Part shown: piece by piece, positions 9,989 to 17,618 of the stretch
Layout: every line of letters begins with the position of its first letter
Numbering within the stretch: the stretch's first letter is position 1
From: a virus
Lineage: Duplodnaviria > Caudoviricetes
Virus record (IMG/VR): IMGVR_UViG_3300042807_000384
Span: 1 to 26,384 of that record
Length of the DNA: 26,384 nucleotides
Direction: 5' to 3' (one strand)
The notes under the pieces: model-generated
Told to the model about the DNA's origin: nothing
The model's database searches: none
Seen by the model: only the letters and a program-made list of their open reading frames with translations
Position numbers and translations under genes: made by a program

Positions 9989-10836
9989 TGGCCGTTCCAA
10001 CAACCAATGTAACACTTAGCAGTCTTCAAACAGAATTTGGCGGTTCTAATCCAATTTCTATAAGCGAGTACTATCGTGGCGGCGGGCGTGTACCGGCCGG
10101 TACTACCAGTGCTTATGGTACTATTCCTACATCCGGTCAGATTAGCGTAGGTGTTTTTCGTGGAACATCTGCATTTGTTGCCGGATCTAACACATTCACT
10201 TCTAGCGGATCCTTTACAGTTCCTGCTGGTTATACAACCCTAACTATTGAAGTCTGGGGTGCTGGTGGTGAAGGTGGTATTGTTGGAGCCGCAGGAGCTT
10301 CAGGTGGTACCAGTTCTGTAACAGGAACCGGATTGACTACAATGACTGCCAACGGCGGCGGCGGCGGTGCAGCTGGTGTTCAAGATACCACATCTGCCGG
10401 TGGTGTTGGAGGAACGGCTTCTGGTGGAACTACAACCAACACAACTGGTAATACCGGTGGAATAGGAAATATAGGAAACTCTGCTACAGGTGGTACCGGT
10501 GGTAATGGTATTTCTTCTGGAAGTCCAAGTAACGTTACTGGTGGAACTGGTGGTGCCGGCGGTAATGATATTGGAGGAGGCGCAATCGGTTCAGCACCTG
10601 GTGCAGCTGGTACTGCGCCCGGTGCCGGCGGTGGCGGTTCAGGCCTTGAAAATAACGTTATGTGCATTCTCCGATATTTCGGCGGCGGTGGCGGCGGCGG
10701 TGGCGGTTACAGTAAAACTGTAACCTCATCAATAACCGCTGGTACTATACTAACTGTTACGGTTGGAGCAGGTGGTACTGGTTCCCTCGATGGTGGTGAT
10801 GGTGCACGTGGCCAGGTTGTAATTACGTACACATAA
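9988..10836 (+). CDS. Glycine-rich fibre-tip adhesin (gp38-like receptor-binding protein)
   Basis: 282 aa, TAATG-coupled to the S74 fibre. N-terminal SLQTEFGGSNPISISEYYRGG...IPTSGQIS module, then EVWGAGG, multiple poly-Gly stretches and C-terminal GARGQVVITY. Confidence 0.65.
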   Translation: MAVPTTNVTLSSLQTEFGGSNPISISEYYRGGGRVPAGTTSAYGTIPTSGQISVGVFRGTSAFVAGSNTFTSSGSFTVPAGYTTLTIEVWGAGGEGGIVGAAGASGGTSSVTGTGLTTMTANGGGGGAAGVQDTTSAGGVGGTASGGTTTNTTGNTGGIGNIGNSATGGTGGNGISSGSPSNVTGGTGGAGGNDIGGGAIGSAPGAAGTAPGAGGGGSGLENNVMCILRYFGGGGGGGGGYSKTVTSSITAGTILTVTVGAGGTGSLDGGDGARGQVVITYT

Positions 10837-10848
10837 GGAGGAAATATT

Positions 10849-11160
10849 ATGTCGACATATCAAATGACTTTTAATGCAAAGATTGAATCTGTTGATCCTT
10901 TAGCAAAACAAATGGTTGTTGAATATTTTGATCCACACGGTGGTGATAGTATTAGATTAGCTATGACATTTAATTATGACGCAACACCTGAAGATTTAAA
11001 ACAAATTGTAATTGACAATACTCCGCATACTCGTTTTCATAATAGAAATGAAGAGTTAAAGTCTATTGCTGAAAGAAATCTTGATCAAGAACGATTTACT
11101 GTTCTTATTGGCGAATCTATGGAATACAATTTGCCATCATATGATAATGAAGTGATTTGA
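10849..11160 (+). CDS. Hypothetical protein
   Basis: 103 aa with strong RBS (AAGGAGG). No family recognised. Its position after the adhesin could fit a fibre-assembly role. Confidence 0.7.
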   Translation: MSTYQMTFNAKIESVDPLAKQMVVEYFDPHGGDSIRLAMTFNYDATPEDLKQIVIDNTPHTRFHNRNEELKSIAERNLDQERFTVLIGESMEYNLPSYDNEVI

Positions 11161-11438
11161 TGCTTAAGGATCGTATGATCACGTTTGGAGAACTAGATAC
11201 TGTAATCTATGACTTTGAATTTAAAGGTGATACTTTACCAGAGCATAGACATGAAAGAAGGGCAACACATATTACGATATGTGCCAAGGGTGAAGTTGAG
11301 GTTGTAACACCTGAATGGACAAAGACTATCAAAGAAGGTAATATAATTGAATTTTATCCACAACAATTACATTCAATTGTTGCTTTGACTGATGATTGTA
11401 GAGTTGTAAATATTCCTACTAGTTATGTTCGATCCTAG
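11157..11438 (+). CDS. Cupin-domain protein
   Basis: 93 aa (ATG at 11160 is an alternative start). GDTLPEHRH...HITICAKG and FYPQQLHSIVAL match the two cupin metal-binding motifs. Confidence 0.8.
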   Translation: MMLKDRMITFGELDTVIYDFEFKGDTLPEHRHERRATHITICAKGEVEVVTPEWTKTIKEGNIIEFYPQQLHSIVALTDDCRVVNIPTSYVRS

Positions 11439-12003
11439 ACAGTTCATATCAAAGTATACCCGGTTACAATATCTAGACTTTGTCCCTGAGATACGATTAT
11501 TTTTAAGAGAAGACAACAGATTACATTCTTTTCTTAAGCAAGAAGGAATAGATGCATATCCAAGTTGGGCGTACGCTTGGGCAGGGGGACAAGGATTAGC
11601 TAGGTATATACTTGATAATGATATTGTAAAAGATAAAATAGTTATAGACTATTGTTCAGGCGGTGGAATAGTTGGCATCGCTGCTAAGTTAGCCGGTGCC
11701 AAAGAAGTTATTTGTGTTGACAATGACCCACTATCGTTTGAAGCTGTACAACTGAATTGTAAAGCAAATGGTGTTGAGGTTACTACTTTAACAGATATAC
11801 GTGATGCTGATATTATATTGGCAGGTGATCCTGCATTACAGCAACCAATATTTGATTACTTAAAATCTATGAATGCTTATGTAGGATGTCCAATAAGAAT
11901 ACCAGAGTTATTAGTTGATTACAATTCTATATGTTCTTATGCAGTGCCGACTTTTGCCTATATAGATTCTATTACCAAAACTACGGTACACGTGTTTAGA
12001 TAA
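11425..12003 (+). CDS. Class I SAM-dependent methyltransferase, METTL20/COG3897-like (protein lysine methyltransferase family)
   Basis: 192 aa. VPEIRL, YPSWAYAWAGGQGLARYILDN, motif I VIDYCSGGGIVGIAAKLAGA, post-I VDND and DIILAGD resemble bacterial ETFbeta-KMT/METTL20 homologues. Confidence 0.8.
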   Translation: MFDPRQFISKYTRLQYLDFVPEIRLFLREDNRLHSFLKQEGIDAYPSWAYAWAGGQGLARYILDNDIVKDKIVIDYCSGGGIVGIAAKLAGAKEVICVDNDPLSFEAVQLNCKANGVEVTTLTDIRDADIILAGDPALQQPIFDYLKSMNAYVGCPIRIPELLVDYNSICSYAVPTFAYIDSITKTTVHVFR

Positions 12004-12006
12004 ATA
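12000..12006 (+). promoter_or_regulatory. Putative T4-type late promoter (ATAAATA)
   Basis: gATAAATA overlaps the methyltransferase stop, 20 nt upstream of GTG 12027 with an AGAGGT RBS. Confidence 0.5.
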
Positions 12007-12026
12007 AAACTAAAAGAGGTAAAACT

Positions 12027-12353
12027 GTGGCACTTAAGGCAAATATCACTATCGATCAAGGCACAGACTTTGCTACAGATATTGATGTAACAGATGAAGA
12101 TGGTAACTTTATCAATCTCACAGGGTTTACCGGTGCTGCCCAGATGCGTAAGCATTATACTTCTACCAATGCATATTCATTTAGTGTAAGCGTTTCTCCG
12201 GCCGGCGTTGTAACATTGGCAATGAATTCTGCAAACACAAATGCTATTACTGCAGGAAGATACGTGTACGACTGCGAACTTAGGGACTCGTCTAATACCT
12301 GCTCGCGTCTTGTCGAAGGCGTAGTTACTGTAACACCGGGAGTTACAAGATAA
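12027..12353 (+). CDS. Conserved T4-like virion protein (small beta-sandwich)
   Basis: 108 aa, GTG start with GAGGT RBS. NITIDQGTDF...LTGFTGAAQMRKHY...AGRYVYD...RLVEG.VTVTPGVT pattern is common in tail modules of T4-like phages. Confidence 0.75.
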   Translation: MALKANITIDQGTDFATDIDVTDEDGNFINLTGFTGAAQMRKHYTSTNAYSFSVSVSPAGVVTLAMNSANTNAITAGRYVYDCELRDSSNTCSRLVEGVVTVTPGVTR

Positions 12354-12595
12354 TGTCTACTTCGACCAGAATGGTTGCTAAGCTTAATAATAATAACGGT
12401 CGACTATCAGCCGCTGCACCTGTTACACTAAAAAATCAAATTCAAGAGATTCGTAGTATCGAAGATATCGCAGATGTTTCTGAAGTTGATGTAACAAACG
12501 GAGCGACTCTAATCTATAATTCTGAAACAGATAAATATGAAGTAAAACAATTACAAATCGGGGACCTCGGCGCAATAGACGGCGGTTCTTTTTAA
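12353..12595 (+). CDS. Small virion-associated protein ending in IDGGSF
   Basis: 80 aa, TAATG-coupled. IEDIADV...NGATLIYN...KY fibre-like motif and C-terminal DGGxF. Confidence 0.7.
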   Translation: MSTSTRMVAKLNNNNGRLSAAAPVTLKNQIQEIRSIEDIADVSEVDVTNGATLIYNSETDKYEVKQLQIGDLGAIDGGSF

Positions 12596-12607
12596 GAAGG
12601 AAGAAAG

Positions 12608-14038
12608 ATGGCTAACTTAATTCAGATCAAAAGATCGTTAACTACAGCCACCGCTCCGTCATTAGCTAATGGTGAATTGGCCTTTACAGCAAACGGTGAT
12701 CATCTATTCATCGGTTCCAATGGTGCATCAATCACCATTGCTGGTAAGTTCAATCCCGGTGTGCTCACTGCTAACCAAGCTCTTGTAGCAAATGGCACGG
12801 GTTATCTCGATGCCGTAAAGACTGCAAATCTTACAGTACAGTCTATTACTGCAAACGGTGTATCATCTCCAGGAGCAGACTATCTCCTTGCAGTTGATGC
12901 AGGCGGTAATACTTTCTGGCAACCGTCCGGTGCAGTATCAATTAATACTGCTGCTGTATATAACTGGACAAATACACAAACTTGGAATGCTAATATAACA
13001 ATTGCAACCACTGCTGGTCTTATTGCAAACGGCGGCATCGGAGCTGAAGGTCAAGTCCTTCACTCGAACGGTTCGTCTGTTTATTGGTCAAATACGCTTG
13101 CTGACATCACATCGGTTATTGCCGGTGACGGTCTTACTGGTGGTGGTACAACCGGTGACGTAACACTCAACGTTGCTGCAGCTAATGGTATCACAGTTAC
13201 AGCGGATGCTATCGCTGTCGATGGTGCTAACGGTATTTCTGTTGACGCATCAGGTGTTAACGTTCTGGCTGGTACAGACGGCGGTCTTGTATCTAACTCA
13301 ACAGGTGTGTTTGTATCTGCTGGTAGTGGTCTTGTAAGTAATGCTACTGGACTACATGTTGGTTCTGCAAACGGTATCAACGTTCAAGCTGACACAGTAG
13401 GTCTTACAACTGGTTCGACACTTACAGTTAACTCGACTGGTGTGCACGTTAATTCGGCACTGTCAATCACAGATCTTTCTCTTTCCGGAAATCTGAATGT
13501 TACAGGAACACTGACAACTCTTGACACAGTCAACCTTGTTGTTCAAGATCCATTAATCAAACTAGCAAACGGAAACTCCTCGACAGACTCGCTTGATGTT
13601 GGTTTCTATGGTGTATATGGATCGACAGGAGCCAAATACACCGGTCTTTTCCGCGATTCTACTGACGGAATATACAACCTATATACTGGTTCAGAAGAAG
13701 AACCTACAACCACGGTTAATACTGCGGCGACAGGTTATGGCCTTGCCACTCTTCGTACATATCTAAATTCTAGTGGTCTTGTAACAAACTCGACTGCAGT
13801 GGCTATCACTGCAAACTCGACAGTTAACGTAAGTATTACTGCTAACTCTCTAACTCTCTCAACTCCACTTGCTGTGGGATCTGGCGGTCTTGGACTGAGC
13901 AGCATTACAGCTGGTGCAATTCTTGTTGGTAACGGATCTGGAACAGCAACTGTTCTTTCAGCTGCAACTGACGGTTTTGTTTTACAATCGAATGGCACTT
14001 CAGTTGTATATAGCACACTCGATGGAGGCACATTCTAA
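12608..14038 (+). CDS. Tail fibre protein with Mtd-N-like N-terminus
   Basis: 476 aa. N-terminal IQIKRS...PSLANGELAF, beta-rich repeats (GLVSNSTGVFV, GLVSNATGLHV), DPLIKLA...DVGFYG...GLFRD module, C-terminal LDGGTF. AAGGA RBS. Confidence 0.7.
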   Translation: MANLIQIKRSLTTATAPSLANGELAFTANGDHLFIGSNGASITIAGKFNPGVLTANQALVANGTGYLDAVKTANLTVQSITANGVSSPGADYLLAVDAGGNTFWQPSGAVSINTAAVYNWTNTQTWNANITIATTAGLIANGGIGAEGQVLHSNGSSVYWSNTLADITSVIAGDGLTGGGTTGDVTLNVAAANGITVTADAIAVDGANGISVDASGVNVLAGTDGGLVSNSTGVFVSAGSGLVSNATGLHVGSANGINVQADTVGLTTGSTLTVNSTGVHVNSALSITDLSLSGNLNVTGTLTTLDTVNLVVQDPLIKLANGNSSTDSLDVGFYGVYGSTGAKYTGLFRDSTDGIYNLYTGSEEEPTTTVNTAATGYGLATLRTYLNSSGLVTNSTAVAITANSTVNVSITANSLTLSTPLAVGSGGLGLSSITAGAILVGNGSGTATVLSAATDGFVLQSNGTSVVYSTLDGGTF

Positions 14039-14040
14039 TT

Positions 14041-14220
14041 ATGGAAACTGAATTTGTTAATGAATATATTAGTCGCTTGATTGCAAATCTTCATGATCTT
14101 ACCAGTAAGAATGTAATACTAGAAACAAGGCTGGCGCTATCCGAAAAGGTACGCGCCAGCCTTCAAACTGAATTACAAGATATTAAATCGAAACAGAGTA
14201 AGACCAAGACTTCCGAGTAA
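14041..14220 (+). CDS. Small coiled-coil protein (59 aa, absent from the supplied ORF track)
   Basis: ATG 14041 to TAA 14220: METEFVNEYISRLIANLHDLTSKNVILETRLALSEKVRASLQTELQDIKSKQSKTKTSE. GGAGG lies upstream in the end of the previous gene. Heptad pattern. Overlaps the convergent GT gene by 38 nt. Confidence 0.7.
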   Translation: METEFVNEYISRLIANLHDLTSKNVILETRLALSEKVRASLQTELQDIKSKQSKTKTSE

Positions 14221-15436
14221 AGTGGTAATCGCCGTCGACACCTCCGATATGAATACGGTCTACTAATTCAAATCCAATGCTATTAAGATATTCACTAACC
14301 TCGGTCACCTTCGGTGCGCCGAGGTTATATTCTTCATGCTGCATCTCAATGATAATATCATTTACCGTCTTAAGAATCTCTCCAGCACCTCTTAGAATAT
14401 CTAACTCGGCGCCCTGAGCATCAATCTTAATTAGATCTGGTTTAGGTAAAGACATATCATGAGCTACAAGATCTAATGGTTTCATTAGCTTCTTTACCTT
14501 ATGGTTTTCAGTAAAGAACTGTGTATTCTCTTTATAGATTGAGTTACCTGCAGGATCAAACGGGTTCTCATAGAAGTCTACTTCCTTGATTGTATCTCCC
14601 AAAGGACCGTCGCAATAGTATTTTAGGCCAGATTCTTGATATAAGAATTCAGCATGATTCATGGCATCAAACATGACGATCTCAGTCTGCGGCCAGATCT
14701 TACGAGCTTCCTTTGTCCAGTGCATAACACATGCACCAATATCATAGACTACCTTTGGTTTCACACTCATGTTCTTTAGATAATTAACATGATCAACCGG
14801 TTGGTCGTCACGTAGTGAAAGATCGCGGAGTCTTGTCTTTACTGGATCAACCTGAGGAAGTTCGATCGTCCATGTAGTCTGACCGATATGACCACACATG
14901 ATAGACGTATCAACCCAGACCTTAAATCCAATATCCCTAGCTTTACGACAAAAGTATGTGTCCTCAGACTTGGTATTTTTGTGATCAAGTGCCGATACAT
15001 AGACAAAGTGCGGATACTGCATTGTTCTAAACACTTCACTCTTTACCAACACACATCCAAAACCGCAACCACCGACTTCGATTAGACCACGGTTAACCAG
15101 CTGTTCGATAGGAATATGATGATACATGAAATCAAAGATCTCTATCGTCTGAACTGGAAGTCTCTGACGATATAAACCCGATACAATATCTTTGTCATGA
15201 GATAGAAGCTTCTTTAATGTATCAGGTGGGAAGATCATGTCATGATCAACTGCAAATAGATAATCGTAATTCTTAGCCCAGTCAGCAATGAGATTCCGAA
15301 CCTGATCTACTTGATATCCATAGAAATATTGGAAGACAGTTTCATATCCTTGAGGAACCTCAAGATCATAGATTGATTTGAAGGTCTCTGCACAGATATC
15401 GTTCTTAGACGGAATAGCAATAAGGATCTTTTTCAC
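14183..15436 (-). CDS. GT-A (GT2-like) glycosyltransferase fused to FkbM-family methyltransferase
   Basis: N-half: ILIAIP, YDYLFAVDHD (DxD), GCGFGCVLV, SEDTYFC, GFKVWVD...CGHIG. C-half: VVYDIGAC, FDA, PDLIKIDAQGAELDILRG (FkbM/Methyltransf_21). Confidence 0.85.
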   Translation of the reverse strand: MKKILIAIPSKNDICAETFKSIYDLEVPQGYETVFQYFYGYQVDQVRNLIADWAKNYDYLFAVDHDMIFPPDTLKKLLSHDKDIVSGLYRQRLPVQTIEIFDFMYHHIPIEQLVNRGLIEVGGCGFGCVLVKSEVFRTMQYPHFVYVSALDHKNTKSEDTYFCRKARDIGFKVWVDTSIMCGHIGQTTWTIELPQVDPVKTRLRDLSLRDDQPVDHVNYLKNMSVKPKVVYDIGACVMHWTKEARKIWPQTEIVMFDAMNHAEFLYQESGLKYYCDGPLGDTIKEVDFYENPFDPAGNSIYKENTQFFTENHKVKKLMKPLDLVAHDMSLPKPDLIKIDAQGAELDILRGAGEILKTVNDIIIEMQHEEYNLGAPKVTEVSEYLNSIGFELVDRIHIGGVDGDYHFTRKSWSYSVSI

Positions 15437-15437
15437 G

Positions 15438-17501
15438 TTAGCGACGCCTTTCTAACACCTGTTTAGCTGTGGCGTTTTGTTGCTCGCCGTTGACTTTATA
15501 ATCATTCAATGGATTCATATCGTTGTAGTTATAGACGATGTCCGGAATACAGATAATATTATTAGGGTTTGCAGCTTCAAGCATAGTATAGAATACAGCC
15601 GTATCCCCACCTGCTTTCAACCAGTCTAATGTTAGCGGATCTCGGAAAGCATAGTTGCCATTTTTTACAAGATGATTGAGCATAAGTCGTGACTGGAACG
15701 TACGAAGATGAGTATAAGGCATATTCCAGTTGAACTTATAGTCACGGTATGTTTTATTTTCTTTTACCTCAGGCGGATATTCTTGAGCGATCAGTGGAAT
15801 ATTATCAGCTACTGACCAACACGAACCATAGGTAAACTCAGCACCTTCATTGTACAAATTATTGTACATATGGAAGATGTTTGGATCGTTGATAAGCCAG
15901 TCATCACCATCAAGCAGCATGACGATCTCATCTGTACTGCACTCTTCCTTAATTGTATTTACCTGGTTCCAGACAGCGCCAAGATTGTCTTTATTCATGT
16001 GGATCTTAAAGTTATACCGGATACTGTCAGGTAAGTTATCGATTGTTGTTTGAGCTACATTCACAGTATTATCTGTTGAAGCATCATCAATTATATACAT
16101 CATATAGTTTGAATAATCTTGTTGTGCTACAGATTCAATACAACGAGCAATATACTTCTCAGCATTATAGACAGGAGTCACAATAGTAATAGGCCAGAAA
16201 GGACCCTCTTGATGAACAGTAAACTCCTCATGATTCATGAACTTGCGTCCAAATACCTTACGTACTTTGCTATTGATCTTTGATGCCTTACGATATTCAT
16301 CAACAGGCAAGAACTTACTAAGCTTTTTATAAAAGTGTTGCTTCCATTGAAGAGCAACAGAATCCCATTCACAGATATCCTTCACTTGGTTACATGCATA
16401 CATCTTCTGCTGGTGCAGATACTTATTAGTATGTACATTAGATACCATGTTGATGAAACGTTGTTCCTGTACATCTGCAGGAATCCATGGGAACAGACTG
16501 TTGGGTTCGATAGCATATGGGATCTTGTAACATGCCAGGTCGAATGCAGTCTCCTCCAATGCACCAAAGTTGTTGGTGATCAGAGGAACGTTATGTGCCA
16601 ATGCTTCAAGTGCCGAGATGCCGTACGTCTCCGGGAATGCAGCCGGATAGATCATGTACGATGCCTTGGTCAGGATATCAGAGATCTCTTTCTGAGTGAT
16701 GATCCCAGTAAAGTTGATGTCAGCACCATATTGTATCATCATGTCCATCCAGTCACGCTGCTGCTGGTCTGGTTCTGAGTTCTCACGGAACTTATAATAA
16801 CCACCGATGACAGTCAACTTGGCTTCAGGGTGACGACGCTTGATCTCTGGCCAAATCTTCTTGACAAGAGGAACCATTCCCTTGGTCACAGACGAGTTGT
16901 AGACGAAGAGGTTCGGATCCTTCTGGGTAATGTCAACAAACTTCTTCGGCATGTTGCCGATACCGTTACGTGTCTGGAAGACAAAGCGCTTGAGGACCTC
17001 GAAGTTACGCTTCTTGCCATGGTCACAGTTGGTCACATAGTCGGTATGGAAGTCGGATAGGGTGAAGATCTCGTTGATGAATCCGTCGAGCAGGAAGCCC
17101 TCGAGATGAAGGTCACCGTCACAGAATGTGTCATGCATCCAGAGCACTTTGTGTTTAGAATTACGTTGGATGCGAGTGAAGTCTGGGAGACCGCCGATGA
17201 AGTTCTTGAACTCTCCGATCATATGAGGCGGAGCGAACGCAGCGACTGACCGAGATCCGATCATGATGTCATAGCGGTCGCAATAGTCTACTTCGTCAAG
17301 TGGTCGATACCAGACACCATCATAAACACCTGGTTTAGACTCATCTGATGTACAATCGTTAAAGACCGTGACTTCAAATCCTAGCTTTGCCAATTCTTTT
17401 GATATGAGAATAACGGCAGATTCTGATCCGCCAAGACCACGCTTGTCTAGCGTGCTTCCATCATAAGTCAAACCAAGGGTATCAATAATTGCAATCTTCA
17501 T
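15438..17501 (-). CDS. Bifunctional glycosyltransferase: N-terminal GT-B (GT4-like) plus C-terminal GT-A (GT2)
   Basis: GT4-like: GLGGSES, WMHD, PETYGISALEA (EX7E), GALEET. GT2: IVTPVYNAEKYI..CIESV..Q, IIDDASTD, LLDGDDWL. Start placed at ATG 17501 (MKIAIID), preceded by GAGG, rather than 17537. Confidence 0.85.
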   Translation of the reverse strand: MKIAIIDTLGLTYDGSTLDKRGLGGSESAVILISKELAKLGFEVTVFNDCTSDESKPGVYDGVWYRPLDEVDYCDRYDIMIGSRSVAAFAPPHMIGEFKNFIGGLPDFTRIQRNSKHKVLWMHDTFCDGDLHLEGFLLDGFINEIFTLSDFHTDYVTNCDHGKKRNFEVLKRFVFQTRNGIGNMPKKFVDITQKDPNLFVYNSSVTKGMVPLVKKIWPEIKRRHPEAKLTVIGGYYKFRENSEPDQQQRDWMDMMIQYGADINFTGIITQKEISDILTKASYMIYPAAFPETYGISALEALAHNVPLITNNFGALEETAFDLACYKIPYAIEPNSLFPWIPADVQEQRFINMVSNVHTNKYLHQQKMYACNQVKDICEWDSVALQWKQHFYKKLSKFLPVDEYRKASKINSKVRKVFGRKFMNHEEFTVHQEGPFWPITIVTPVYNAEKYIARCIESVAQQDYSNYMMYIIDDASTDNTVNVAQTTIDNLPDSIRYNFKIHMNKDNLGAVWNQVNTIKEECSTDEIVMLLDGDDWLINDPNIFHMYNNLYNEGAEFTYGSCWSVADNIPLIAQEYPPEVKENKTYRDYKFNWNMPYTHLRTFQSRLMLNHLVKNGNYAFRDPLTLDWLKAGGDTAVFYTMLEAANPNNIICIPDIVYNYNDMNPLNDYKVNGEQQNATAKQVLERRR

Positions 17502-17526
17502 AATGTTCCTCGCTTGTATCATACCA

Positions 17527-17555
17527 ATATATATCATTTCCTAATTGATGTACAA
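17527..17555 (-). promoter_or_regulatory. Possible sigma70-like promoter for the GT operon
   Basis: The - strand reads (t)TGTACA-N17-TATATT about 25 nt upstream of ATG 17501. Imperfect consensus in AT-rich DNA. Confidence 0.3.
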
Positions 17556-17556
17556 T

Positions 17557-17564
17557 TATAAATA
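17557..17564 (+). promoter_or_regulatory. T4-type late promoter TATAAATA
   Basis: Perfect gp55-sigma consensus in the divergent intergenic region, 54 nt upstream of fibre gene 17619, where + strand transcription must restart. Confidence 0.75.
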
Positions 17565-17573
17565 AGCCTAAGG

Positions 17574-17611
17574 GGAATTATATAATTCCTGACTTGCTGC
17601 TCTATATAGAG
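17574..17611. repeat. Two perfect palindromes with TATATA cores
   Basis: GGAATTATATAATTCC (17574-17589) and CTCTATATAGAG (17600-17611). The second overlaps the AGAGG RBS of gene 17619. Confidence 0.8.
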
Positions 17612-17618
17612 GTTTAGA

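Noticed and set aside
14183-17537. GT cassette as an invertible or mobile element
   Set aside because: No flanking inverted repeats, target duplication or recombinase seen. Its 3' end overlaps a neighbouring gene, which suggests stable residence.
17502-17537. ATG 17537 as start of the GT4+GT2 gene
   Set aside because: ATG 17501 has a GAGG RBS and gives a typical MKIAII first strand. The extension overlaps the putative promoter.
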